64,000 nucleotides of DNA from Candidatus Babeliales bacterium (GTDB lineage: Bacteria; Babelota; Babeliae; Babelales; JANWKD01). Below are positions 1 to 9,376 of this stretch, one piece after another. The position numbers were made by a program, and so were the translations under genes. The notes beneath the pieces are model-generated. The model did not search any database, had not been told where the DNA came from, and saw only the letters and a list, made by a program, of their open reading frames with translations. Within the stretch, counting starts at the first letter, position 1, and each line of letters begins with the position of its first letter. Location of the stretch: positions 5,398-69,397 of the forward strand of contig CAVRJO010000001.1 of the NCBI GenBank assembly GCA_963722255.1. The letters are read 5' to 3'.

Positions 1-1384
1 CCAAAGATCATGGCATTGTAGCAAACTATTGGTATGATCTAACGGGCAAAAAAATTCCTTGTGATTATGATACGGCAGAAAATGCTGCAATTATCTCTCC
101 AAAAGGATTTTATAAAAAAAGTAAATCAGCACAACATGCAAAAGTTGACGGCATATCAGACCAACTAATGCTTTTCTCAAATAATCAAAAAAAAAATTAT
201 GCCTTGTCTCTCTCACTTAAAAGTCGCGCAGCCATTTTTACCGCTGGAAGACTTGGTAAAGCAATTTTCTTTGATTCAAAAGCAGGTCAATTTACCTCAA
301 CAAAAGCTTATTTCAATGAACTCCCGGAATGGGTAACAGAATTCAATAAAAAAAAAAATTGAGTAGTATAAAAAATATTCCCTGGAAATTATGTTATGCA
401 CCAACAAGTCCTGCGTACGCAATGACTAATGATGATTATAGTTTTGCACGATTACCATCTTCTATTAACAAACAACTCAGTCATGATTTTATAAAAAAAG
501 ATACGCATAAAGATCATCACTGTTTTAATTTCGTCACCTATAGTCCACAATCGAATAAACTATTATTTGATCTTGCAGAAGATTTTTTAAAAAATAGTAG
601 CAACGAAAAATTCAATAAAGTTCTTTTATGGATAAGCTTAAGCAGCCTTGACAAAATTGGTCATCTTTATGGACCACAAAGTTTAGAATATATTGACACG
701 CTCTATCATATAGATCTCTATTTAAAAACTTTTATGAACAATGTCAAAACTATAATTCCGGAAGAAAAAATATTTTATGCTCTTACAGCGGATCATGGAA
801 GTACACCAATGGTCGAATATCTACAAAATGCAAAATTTTCATTAGCTCAAAGAATTTTAACACCAAAATTAGAAAAAAAGATGAATAAAAAAATAGAAAA
901 AAAGTATTGCATTACTGATTGTGTTAAAGAAGTCGATGTTCCCTCAATCTTTCTTGATAACTCTAAATTAAAACATCTATCAGTAAAAGAAAAAAAAAGC
1001 TTGCTGTTTGATCTCAAACATTATTTAAAAAAACAAAAGGGCATAAAAAATGTTTGGACACACGAGGAGCTAGAAAAAGCTCCTGCTCAAATAAATGATT
1101 TTACCATGTACTATAAAAATCAATTATTTCCAGGACGAACCGGATCTTTGCTCTATCAAACCTATCCTTATACGTATGTAAGTGATGATCCTTTGGGAAC
1201 CGGACATGTATCATGTTATGAATACACTACACATGTTCCTCTTATTTTTTATAAACCAGGTAAAACAAAAAGTAAGCTCTGTAAAGAAAGAATTTCAATG
1301 GCACAATTTGCACCAACACTTGCAATAGAACTCTCAATACCTTCACCATCAGCGTGTATTGAAAACGCCCTTACATTTCGTTAA
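1..1384 (+). pseudogene. Nucleotide pyrophosphatase/phosphodiesterase-like (alkaline phosphatase superfamily) gene. It enters from the left edge and is interrupted at an A11 tract.
   Basis: The frame starting at nt 3 reads KDHGIVANYWYD (the NPP-type HGI..N motif) and continues as ORF 168..362. The downstream ORF 359..1384 contains LTADHGSTP and ends with typical AlkP-fold features. The two frames join if the A run at 348..358 had one more A. Confidence 0.6.
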
Positions 1385-1453
1385 TAAGTTTGACACGCAT
1401 CTTTTAAATATACTACTCTAAAGGTGTGATTTTATTTTTAATAAAAGTGACCT

Positions 1454-2560
1454 ATGTTTCATGATCAAAAAAAGTTACATAACGATTTAAAATTCTTTTT
1501 AGCACTTATACTAACACTGCTCATAATTGGACTACTTTTTATTTATTCTTCGAGCTCAATATTTGCCTTAGCAAAATATGGAATAGCAAATTACTTTGTA
1601 AAAAAACAACTTATGGGTGTCATGTTTGGCCTCATTGGTCTTTTTATAGGTCGAATGGTTCATCTCAATCTAATTAAAATTCTAAGTCCTCTCTTTTTTG
1701 GTAGTTCATTATTTTTAACAGCATTAACACTCTCTCCTCAATTTGCAGAAAAAATCCATGGCTCACGTCGATGGCTCCACATACATGGATTTAGTTTTCA
1801 GCCAAGCGAACTACTAAAAATTTCATTGATCATCTATCTTGCATATTTTTTAACAAAAGAAGATGCTCAATTGCGCTCATTTAAATATGGCTATTTTCCT
1901 TTTTTAGTTATACTCGGCCTCGTTGCTATAATTCTTCTTAAACAACCTGATTTTGGCATGACTGTTACACTCTTAACAACAGCATTTATTTTATTTTTTA
2001 GTATGCAATTTAGAGTAAAACAACTTATTATTACTCTTATGACCTTAGTACCAACTGCAGGAGCACTTATTTATCTACGTCCCTATCGTTGGCATAGAAT
2101 TTTGACATTTTTAAATCCTTGGAAAGATCCTCAAGGGGCGGGATTTCAAATAATCCAATCACTTATTGCAATAGGTTCAGGAAGTTTAGTGGGCATTGGT
2201 ATTTCACATTCAAAACAAAAATATTTTTATTTACCAATGCAGCATACTGATTTTATTTTTTCAATTATTGCTGAAGAAACAGGATTTCTTGGCTCGCTTG
2301 CATTAATAACTATTTATTTTTTATTTCTTTATTTTGGCATGCGCATTTCATGGCAATTAAAAGATCCATTTGCATCATTACTCACCTTTGGTTTTGTAGT
2401 TCTCATTTCATTGCAGACCATGATAAATCTGGCAGTAGCAACCGGTTTAGCGCCTACAAAAGGCATTGGACTTCCCTTTGTTAGCTATGGACCTTCTTCT
2501 TTATTGTGCAGCATGTGTATGGTTGGCATTATAATTAATTGCGTATATGAGAATAGATAA
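1454..2560 (+). CDS. SEDS-family peptidoglycan glycosyltransferase (FtsW/RodA/SpoVE)
   Basis: 368 aa polytopic membrane protein with SEDS motifs: FQPSELLK, KQPDFG, GSGSLVGIG, LPMQHTDFIFSIIAEETGF, PTKGIGLPFVSYGPSS. Confidence 0.85.
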   Translation: MFHDQKKLHNDLKFFLALILTLLIIGLLFIYSSSSIFALAKYGIANYFVKKQLMGVMFGLIGLFIGRMVHLNLIKILSPLFFGSSLFLTALTLSPQFAEKIHGSRRWLHIHGFSFQPSELLKISLIIYLAYFLTKEDAQLRSFKYGYFPFLVILGLVAIILLKQPDFGMTVTLLTTAFILFFSMQFRVKQLIITLMTLVPTAGALIYLRPYRWHRILTFLNPWKDPQGAGFQIIQSLIAIGSGSLVGIGISHSKQKYFYLPMQHTDFIFSIIAEETGFLGSLALITIYFLFLYFGMRISWQLKDPFASLLTFGFVVLISLQTMINLAVATGLAPTKGIGLPFVSYGPSSLLCSMCMVGIIINCVYENR

Positions 2561-2578
2561 ATTATTAATCTGCTGAAT

Positions 2579-3205
2579 CTACATCAGCATAGTTTGTGCT
2601 CTTCGATTTTGCCTACTCCAATCAATTCTCCACGGATCTTTTTCTGGATCATAATGATCAATGCATACAGAATATAAATCATCAATTTCGCTTGTGGATA
2701 TCCACCTCTTTACTAATCGATCCTTATGACTTCGATATATCTTAATTTTCGGGTTTCTATCAAGCGGAAGAACCCCAATAAGATTTTCAAGGGTCTTCCG
2801 AACCTTTTTTTCATCATAGTTAAAATATCGTGGTCTAAAAATAACATTTGCAAAAAATCCAGTAACATTATAATGTAATACGCTATCTTCAAGCTGCAAA
2901 TAAACTACGCTATAACGGCCTAGAGAATCATTATAAATAACCTTGATATGATCTACATAATTTCGAGATAACCAATCTTTTTTGACCTTATTATACGATA
3001 ACTCATCGCACCATAATCCAATAGAATACTTTATTTCTATCTCCTCCATTGGCCTGTATTCTTTTTGCAAACAATCAATCACTCGTTGACGTTCTTCCTC
3101 AGCCATTGCTTTCCACTGCGCCAAAAGCTCTTGCGGTTCACTAGAAATAGCAACTTTAAAAAGAAAAAGCGAACTTAATACAATAATTTTTGAATAATTC
3201 ATCAT
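2579..3205 (-). CDS. Secreted hypothetical protein, tandem paralog 1 of 3
   Basis: The N-terminus MNYSKIIVLSSLF...EPQELLAQWKAMAEEERQ is nearly identical to the two ORFs upstream of it. It looks like a signal peptide. The start is probably the second Met (3202). Confidence 0.6.
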   Translation of the reverse strand: MMNYSKIIVLSSLFLFKVAISSEPQELLAQWKAMAEEERQRVIDCLQKEYRPMEEIEIKYSIGLWCDELSYNKVKKDWLSRNYVDHIKVIYNDSLGRYSVVYLQLEDSVLHYNVTGFFANVIFRPRYFNYDEKKVRKTLENLIGVLPLDRNPKIKIYRSHKDRLVKRWISTSEIDDLYSVCIDHYDPEKDPWRIDWSRQNRRAQTMLM

Positions 3206-3774
3206 AACTTTTCATCCGTATAATCAACCGTTGCTGCATATAAATTGTCTTTTTCAAAACCCAAAGGAACCGGCGGATTAGATAACCCAATCATATATAA
3301 ACTAAATTTCTGACTGCCATCTCTATATACAACAACTTTTGGCTTCTTATTCTGCGGTAAAATCATCGAAAGCTTTTCAATATTTTCTTGAACTTTTTCT
3401 GAATTATGCCAAAAAAATTCTTCCTCTTTTTTACTATCAACCAGCTGAAGACGATTTTTACACCTTTGACCTTGAGAGTCGAAATAAAATACCTCTATAT
3501 GCCCAATTTTCAGATCAGATTTCCATTCACGCAAACGAGCAATTATACTATTTTTTCGTTCAAGATTAGGATTTTCATTCTGCGATGCTTTCTTTGCAAA
3601 TTGAATATCCTCTTCTTCAAGCTGCTTATGCTCAACTTCTAATCGAGCAATTTCTGCTTGCCGCTCTTGTTCAGCCATTGCTTTCCATTGCGCTAAAAAC
3701 TCTTTCGGCTCAATAGAAATAGCTACTTTACCGATAAAAAGCGATCCTAATATAATAATTTTTGAATAATTCAT
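3202..3774 (-). CDS. Secreted hypothetical protein, tandem paralog 2 of 3
   Basis: Carries the same conserved leader (MNYSKIIILGSLF...EPKEFLAQWKAMAEQERQ). Its stop overlaps the start of paralog 1 (ATGA). Confidence 0.6.
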   Translation of the reverse strand: MNYSKIIILGSLFIGKVAISIEPKEFLAQWKAMAEQERQAEIARLEVEHKQLEEEDIQFAKKASQNENPNLERKNSIIARLREWKSDLKIGHIEVFYFDSQGQRCKNRLQLVDSKKEEEFFWHNSEKVQENIEKLSMILPQNKKPKVVVYRDGSQKFSLYMIGLSNPPVPLGFEKDNLYAATVDYTDEKL

Positions 3775-3789
3775 ATAATAATCTTTCTA

Positions 3790-4401
3790 TCAAACCGGTT
3801 TTTGGTTTTGCACTTGAGACAATCTATTAATCCAATCAGCGCGCGAGGCAATTACCTTACCACCTGAATAATCGATACATACAGAATGTAAATCTCTTAT
3901 TATATTCGTAAAAAACCAACCCTTTTCTTCTCTGTGCTTACGGCTTTTGTACACAGTAACTTTTGGTTGTTTATCATGAGACAATTCTGCTACAAGCTCT
4001 TCAAGCTCTTCATTAATTATAGATTCGACATAGGTAAAATTCCTTGCTCCCAAAAAACTATTCTCGAGTTGAAGATAAACCCTGTGATGCTTTCCTTCTT
4101 GGTCAATATACAAAACTTTTATATGATCCAATCTAATAGGAGTAGCGCGCCTATGATTAATAACATTAATTCTCGCCTTTTTTGCTTTTATATTAGATTT
4201 TTCATGCCGCCAGGCTTCAACAGCATACTTTATATCTTCTTCTTCCAACTGCTTATGCTTTGCCTCTAACCGATCAGTTTCATTATTATACTCTTTCTCG
4301 GCCATTGCTTTAAATTGCGTTAAAAGCTCTTGGGGCTCCACAGAAAGAGCTACATTACAGAGAAAAAGTGACCCAAATACGATAATTTTTGAATAATTCA
4401 T
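3790..4401 (-). CDS. Secreted hypothetical protein, tandem paralog 3 of 3
   Basis: The ORF runs to 4437, but the conserved MNYSKIIVFGSLF leader starts at Met13 (4401). The C-terminal motif SVCIDY...ADW is shared with paralog 1 (SVCIDHY...IDW). Confidence 0.6.
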   Translation of the reverse strand: MNYSKIIVFGSLFLCNVALSVEPQELLTQFKAMAEKEYNNETDRLEAKHKQLEEEDIKYAVEAWRHEKSNIKAKKARINVINHRRATPIRLDHIKVLYIDQEGKHHRVYLQLENSFLGARNFTYVESIINEELEELVAELSHDKQPKVTVYKSRKHREEKGWFFTNIIRDLHSVCIDYSGGKVIASRADWINRLSQVQNQKPV

Positions 4402-4588
4402 AGATATAACCTCAAATAAAAACAGTATAATCTCCAATACTATTTCAGTTTATATTTTTTTATAGAAGCAATCAAATGCCCTTTTAGCCATATTAATCTA
4501 AAATTGAAATAAAAACATCACACTTATTTTTCACAAACCTAGAGCAAAACTCTTGATTTTAGGTTGTTTTAAAGCTACAATTATTGCT

Positions 4589-4924
4589 ATGAGCATGTTA
4601 AAAATTGTAATTTATTCTACACGTAATGGAAAAAAGCCCTACCTTGAGTGGCGGGATTCACTTGATGGAAAAACTCGATCCATCATTTTAACAAGAATTG
4701 ATCGTGTTTCAATTAATAACTTTGGCGACTGCAAACAAATAAAAAATGGTGGTGGCATATGGGAATTACGTATCAACTTCGGCCCTGGCTACCGTATTTA
4801 TTTTGGAAAAGAAGGAACAACTCTTATACTGCTTTTAGTCGGTGGTAATAAAACAACCCAAAATCGCGACATTGAAAAAGCAAAAAAATTCTGGCTCGAA
4901 TATAAGGAATCACAAAATGAATAA
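4589..4924 (+). CDS. higB: Type II toxin, RelE/HigB-like addiction module killer protein
   Basis: The sequence WELRINFGPGYRIYFGKEGTTLILLLVGGNKTTQNRDIEKAKKFW matches the conserved killer-protein pattern. The toxin gene lies upstream of the antitoxin gene and overlaps it by 8 nt. Confidence 0.8.
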   Translation: MSMLKIVIYSTRNGKKPYLEWRDSLDGKTRSIILTRIDRVSINNFGDCKQIKNGGGIWELRINFGPGYRIYFGKEGTTLILLLVGGNKTTQNRDIEKAKKFWLEYKESQNE

Positions 4925-5222
4925 CAAAAGACATATAGATTACCAAGAAGAACTATTACAACTATTACAAGATCCCAATGAAGCTCTTTCTTATCTCAAT
5001 GCAGCACTTATGGACGAAGATCAACGAATCTTTTTATTAGCATTAAAAAATGTTCTTGAAGCTCAAGGAGGAAATATGGCCGCACTCGCTGAAGAGGCAC
5101 AACTCAACCGCGAAAATCTCTATAGAATGCTATCAAAAAAAGGAAATCCTAAGCTTACCAGCCTAAGATCAGTTCTCAATGTGCTTGGATTAGAATTAGC
5201 GATTCAACCAGCAAAAAAATAA
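4917..5222 (+). CDS. higA: Type II antitoxin, HigA-like addiction module antidote protein (HTH)
   Basis: ALSYLNAALMDEDQRIFLLALKNVLEAQGGNMAALAEEAQLNRENLYRMLSKKGNPKLTSLRSVLNVLGLEL is the typical antidote/HTH pattern. The likely start is MNNKRH at 4917. Confidence 0.8.
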   Translation: MNNKRHIDYQEELLQLLQDPNEALSYLNAALMDEDQRIFLLALKNVLEAQGGNMAALAEEAQLNRENLYRMLSKKGNPKLTSLRSVLNVLGLELAIQPAKK

Positions 5223-5243
5223 AAGGAATAATCATTACTTTAT

Positions 5244-6185
5244 TCACAAATCCTCAAATATCTTCATAGCCTTACCTAGTGATCGGGCATTTTTAGAGAT
5301 ATCTTTCCATGGATCTCCCTTTTTTTTCAAGCGATCAAAAACAGTAAAGATTGTATATCGCGTGGAAACGAGCTTAGGGTCTTCCACCTCTTTCCAATCG
5401 ATGGGAGTAGCAACAGGAGCACCATTTTTGGCGCGGATAGCATAAGGTGCAACGGAAGTTGCAGTATATGAGTTACGCAAATAATCTAAAAAGATTTTTT
5501 TACCCCGTTTATTTTTCCGTATTTCAAGCGTCAGATTTTTAGGATCATGCTTTTCTATGAATGCAGCAATTTCGTAGGCAAATGCTCGAACGGTATCAAA
5601 ATTTTCTGTTCGCTTAAGCGGAACAACAACATGCATTCCACGAGATCCGGTGGTCATAATATAGGGCACTAAGCCAAGGTGTTCCAGAAGTTCTTTAAAA
5701 GCAAAAGCAGTTTTTTGTATTAGGCTAAAATCAAAAGTTTTCCCCGAAGGATCCAAATCAAAAATCATACGATCCGGATAATCAAGCTTATCAACTTTAC
5801 TTAACCAAATATGCGGTGTTAAGCACAGTTGATTTGCTAAATAAATAAGTGTTGCTTCTTTATCAATGATAACATAATGGACTATTTTTCCAGCTTCAGC
5901 TTTTATCGGCTTTAATGTTATCCAATCAGGAAAATATTCACCGGCATTTTTTTGATAAAAACCTTCGTGATCAATTCCATTAGGATAACGCAACATAGAA
6001 ATTGGACGATTTTTTATATACGGCATCATTGTCGTAGCAATTTTAGCATAATAGGCCACTACATCCTGCTTAGTGATACCATCTTTAGGAAATAGAATTT
6101 TATCAAGATGAGATAATTCTACAGAATGACCTCCAACAGAAACAGCGGTTTTAAGTGAACTATTTTTTGCCATATTTTGTATCAC
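5244..6185 (-). CDS. Stand-alone LigD-type polymerase/primase domain protein (NHEJ PolDom)
   Basis: LSHLDKILFPKDGITKQDVVAYYAKIATTMMPYIKNRPISMLRYPNGIDHEGFYQKN and the following DLDP / GSRGMHV motifs are typical of LigD PolDom (AEP primase-polymerase). Confidence 0.85.
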   Translation of the reverse strand: MIQNMAKNSSLKTAVSVGGHSVELSHLDKILFPKDGITKQDVVAYYAKIATTMMPYIKNRPISMLRYPNGIDHEGFYQKNAGEYFPDWITLKPIKAEAGKIVHYVIIDKEATLIYLANQLCLTPHIWLSKVDKLDYPDRMIFDLDPSGKTFDFSLIQKTAFAFKELLEHLGLVPYIMTTGSRGMHVVVPLKRTENFDTVRAFAYEIAAFIEKHDPKNLTLEIRKNKRGKKIFLDYLRNSYTATSVAPYAIRAKNGAPVATPIDWKEVEDPKLVSTRYTIFTVFDRLKKKGDPWKDISKNARSLGKAMKIFEDL

Positions 6186-6909
6186 TTTTTGCTTCTTTTT
6201 TTATTTGCGTCATTGTTCTATCTGTTAATGCAGATTTTTCTTTATTTTTTATTGAAGGAACCTTTTGTTCATCTTTTATTTTAAAAAAGAGCCAATTTTT
6301 TTTATCATCATGCAAATGTGTTCGAATAAGAGCGTAGGCACCCTTCATTTTTTTACCATGAAGCTCAACTTCAATTTTTCCTTCTTTTAATGCCTTTTGC
6401 ATGCTAATGCCATATTCTTGTTTCAAATTAGTATAGGTACCAATGTCCCATACCATTACAGTTCCTGCACCATAATTTCCTTCTGGGATAACGCCCTCAA
6501 AAGTGGCATAATCCATGGGGTGATCTTCAGTCATAACCGCAAGTCGTTTTTCTGCTGGATTTGTTGAAGGACCTTTTGGAATAGCCCACGAAACTAAAAC
6601 GCCATCAATTTCTAAACGAAAATCATAGTGCAAATGAGATGCATCGTGTTTTTGAATAACAAAGAGTGGCCCCTCTTTGGATTTTTTAGCTTTACCATAT
6701 GGTTCCGGTGTTTTATCAAACGTTCGCTTTTCATGATATTCTCGCAATGGCTTTTTTTTCGTTACCTTCTTTTTTGTTACCATACTAAGCCCCCACAATA
6801 CTCCTATTAACGAACTCATTATCATTAATGCTGCTGCATACTTTTTATACATTGCATCCTTCTTTTTAATTACTTTTTTATGGTACAAAAAAATAAAAAA
6901 AAGATTCAA
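6160..6909 (-). CDS. LigD-type 3'-phosphoesterase (PE) domain protein with an N-terminal hydrophobic segment
   Basis: FVIQKHDASHLHYDFRLEIDGVLVSWAIPKGPSTNPAEKRLAVMTEDHPMDYATFEGVIPEGNYGAGTVMVWDIGTY is the LigD PE signature. The likely start is MYKKY at 6855. It overlaps the PolDom gene by 26 nt. Confidence 0.85.
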   Translation of the reverse strand: MNLFFIFLYHKKVIKKKDAMYKKYAAALMIMSSLIGVLWGLSMVTKKKVTKKKPLREYHEKRTFDKTPEPYGKAKKSKEGPLFVIQKHDASHLHYDFRLEIDGVLVSWAIPKGPSTNPAEKRLAVMTEDHPMDYATFEGVIPEGNYGAGTVMVWDIGTYTNLKQEYGISMQKALKEGKIEVELHGKKMKGAYALIRTHLHDDKKNWLFFKIKDEQKVPSIKNKEKSALTDRTMTQIKKEAKSDTKYGKK

Positions 6910-6918
6910 GTAATTTAA

Positions 6919-6959
6919 AACTAAAAAAGATCATCGTAAAATGATGATCTTTTTTAGTT
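6919..6959 (-). terminator. Perfect 17-bp stem hairpin, likely intrinsic terminator of gene 6980..7678
   Basis: AACTAAAAAAGATCATC / GATGATCTTTTTTAGTT with a 7-nt loop, followed by a T-rich tail on the minus strand. Confidence 0.65.
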
Positions 6960-6979
6960 TTGATTAGATTAATTTTTAA

Positions 6980-7678
6980 TTATTTAGTTTCAACAATATT
7001 GGATTGTGCTGTATACATCTTATGCGCAAGAGCAATTAACAAACTAACTGTTACTGCAGATAATGTTGTCAAAGCAGGATAGGCACGAACTCCATCACCA
7101 ATCTTTTTAAAAGTTCCATTTTTGTATAAAACATAGGTAACGCCAGCTATAGTTATTACGGCAACAACAGCACCGCCCATAATGATGAGCTCGTCAGAAG
7201 AATATTCAGATTTATTATTCCACCAGTTCTTACACGATAGCCAAAAGTCTTTTGAAACAGATTTAGCTGCTTCAATATTTTGTTCAACCTTGTCTGAAAC
7301 ATTTTTTTTGGTTTCAGTTAAATCGATAGACGGTATCTTTTTCAAAGCCTTTTTAACACCATCCTTAACTGTATCAATACCTTTTTGGAATTTTTTTCCT
7401 GCCTTTTCAAAAAACTCACTGTTTTGAATTTTATGCAGCTGATCGCTAATTTTTTCAATTCCAGAATTTACCAAGCCGGCAGCCTCAACAGCTTTTTCTT
7501 GAATTGCATCTGATGCCTGTGACAATATTTCTAGGACAACTTTTCCTGTTCCTTGAGATTCTTTTTGCATTTCGGCGATATCACCATGCTCTGGTTCAAC
7601 AGCTTTCATTGTTGCAACAGATATCATAATAGCCAATGAAAAAATCTGCATTTTTTTAAAAATAGTAGTAATGTTCAT
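6980..7678 (-). CDS. Hypothetical protein with signal peptide and C-terminal transmembrane helices
   Basis: Long ORF with an N-terminal hydrophobic leader, an amphipathic K/E-rich middle and two C-terminal hydrophobic segments. I recognise no family. Confidence 0.45.
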   Translation of the reverse strand: MNITTIFKKMQIFSLAIMISVATMKAVEPEHGDIAEMQKESQGTGKVVLEILSQASDAIQEKAVEAAGLVNSGIEKISDQLHKIQNSEFFEKAGKKFQKGIDTVKDGVKKALKKIPSIDLTETKKNVSDKVEQNIEAAKSVSKDFWLSCKNWWNNKSEYSSDELIIMGGAVVAVITIAGVTYVLYKNGTFKKIGDGVRAYPALTTLSAVTVSLLIALAHKMYTAQSNIVETK

Positions 7679-7712
7679 AAAGAATGTCCCTTCCCTAAAA
7701 ATACCAAATATA

Positions 7713-9245
7713 TTAATTCCAATTCATTGCAAGATCAACAAGCAGACGAACACCAACACCGGTTGCACCGGTTGAATAGTAACTGATATCAGGTACATCA
7801 AATGCCGTTCCTGCAATATCAAGATGCACCCAAGGTGTTTCACCAACAAAATTTTGTAAAAAGAAGCCCGCTGTTATAGCACCTGCTTTATATTTTGAAC
7901 TCCCTATATTACAAATATCAGCTACATCAGAACGAATAGCCGCTTTATAATCATTATCAAAAGGCAATGCCCAAACTCGATCGCCTGAACGATCTGCCGC
8001 TTGCTTAACCTTATTAGAAAATTCTTCATGCTGGCTCATCAAACCACTAAAAAAAGGCCCGAGTGCGTAGGCGCATGCTCCCGTCAATGTCGCTAAATCG
8101 ATAATAGCATCAGGTTTATAATGTTTCACGGTATATGATAATGCATCAGCTAAAACTAAGCGACCTTCAGCATCAGTGTTTTTAACTTCGGCTGTTTTAC
8201 CGTTATAAAAACGCAAAATATCACCCGGTTTTGTTGCCTTACCGCTCGGCAGGTTTTCAGAAAGAGGAGTAACTGCAATAATATTCACTTCAGGTTTTAA
8301 CTGCGCTAATGCCTGCATTGCACCAATAACTGCTGCAGCTCCAGACATATCTTCTTTCATAGTTTCCATTGAAGCCGCTGGCTTTAAACTAAGTCCGCCT
8401 GAATCAAAGGTAATCCCCTTACCTACAAACGCCACAGTCTGTGCGCCGGGTTTTTTTGTTGTGTATTCCATAATAACTAAGTGAGCATCTTGATCTGATC
8501 CTGCTGAAACGCCCGCGATCCCGCCCATTCCTGCGGCTATGATCTCTTTTTCGGTCATGACCGTAATCTTTAACCCATGTTTTTGAGCAATAGCACGCGC
8601 CTGATCAGCCAATTCCATCGGAGGTAATGCTGCAGGAGGCAAATCAACCCAATTACGCACATCATTGACAGCATGAGCAACAACCATGCCATACTGTGCG
8701 CCACGTTCCACTTCAGACGATTCAGCATCATGCACACAGGTAAGAACAAGATTATGATTAACTTTGCGCTCAACATCGGTTATATACGTATCAAATTTAT
8801 AGGCCGCCATTTTTGCAATAATAATGGTTTGTCCAACCAAATATTCGGTTGCAACGTTAAACAAAGCTGCTTTTGGAAGCAATACAGTAACGGTGGCTAA
8901 CTTCTTACTTTGCAAAGTTTTTACGGCACGGCCTAAGGCTCTTCGATACGATTCAATAGGAATAAAAGCCTGAGAATTTTTAGCACCAAGGCCAACAAAG
9001 GCAAGCGTATGATTTTTTTTATTAACAGAACAAGGCACAACTAAAACAGAATTTGCTTTACCAGAGAACTCGGATTCCTGCATAAATTCATCCAAGGTTG
9101 GAAAATAGAGAGCTGCAATTTCTTTAAGTTGGTCAGAAAATTCAAAATTTTGTTCTAAAAAGATCAGCGTTGCATCACTTTTGTGTGACAACAATGGCTT
9201 ATCTGAAAATTTAATTTCCACAAAAACACCCTTGATTTCATTCAT
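7713..9245 (-). CDS. pepA: Leucyl aminopeptidase (M17)
   Basis: Contains the M17 signature NTDAEGRLVLADAL plus VGKGITFDSGG and MKEDMSGAA. Confidence 0.92.
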   Translation of the reverse strand: MNEIKGVFVEIKFSDKPLLSHKSDATLIFLEQNFEFSDQLKEIAALYFPTLDEFMQESEFSGKANSVLVVPCSVNKKNHTLAFVGLGAKNSQAFIPIESYRRALGRAVKTLQSKKLATVTVLLPKAALFNVATEYLVGQTIIIAKMAAYKFDTYITDVERKVNHNLVLTCVHDAESSEVERGAQYGMVVAHAVNDVRNWVDLPPAALPPMELADQARAIAQKHGLKITVMTEKEIIAAGMGGIAGVSAGSDQDAHLVIMEYTTKKPGAQTVAFVGKGITFDSGGLSLKPAASMETMKEDMSGAAAVIGAMQALAQLKPEVNIIAVTPLSENLPSGKATKPGDILRFYNGKTAEVKNTDAEGRLVLADALSYTVKHYKPDAIIDLATLTGACAYALGPFFSGLMSQHEEFSNKVKQAADRSGDRVWALPFDNDYKAAIRSDVADICNIGSSKYKAGAITAGFFLQNFVGETPWVHLDIAGTAFDVPDISYYSTGATGVGVRLLVDLAMNWN

Positions 9246-9376
9246 ATGGTTGAAAAATCACATTTTGTTTATAAGATACATGAATTTGTGACTAATGTAA
9301 AAACTGCTCTATAAAAAATAGATTGCATTACCTAAAAAAAAAATGATATCGTTCCATTCATCAATAACCCCCTTTT

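Noticed and set aside
2688-2702. TGTGGATATCCACC, a back-to-back DnaA-box-like sequence
   Set aside because: It lies inside a coding region 36 kb from dnaA. It is a single occurrence and most likely chance.
3339-4269. ORFs 3339..3569, 3406..3642 and 3934..4269 on the plus strand
   Set aside because: They lie antisense inside the three paralog genes. They have low-complexity F/L/I-rich translations typical of AT-rich antisense frames and no motifs.
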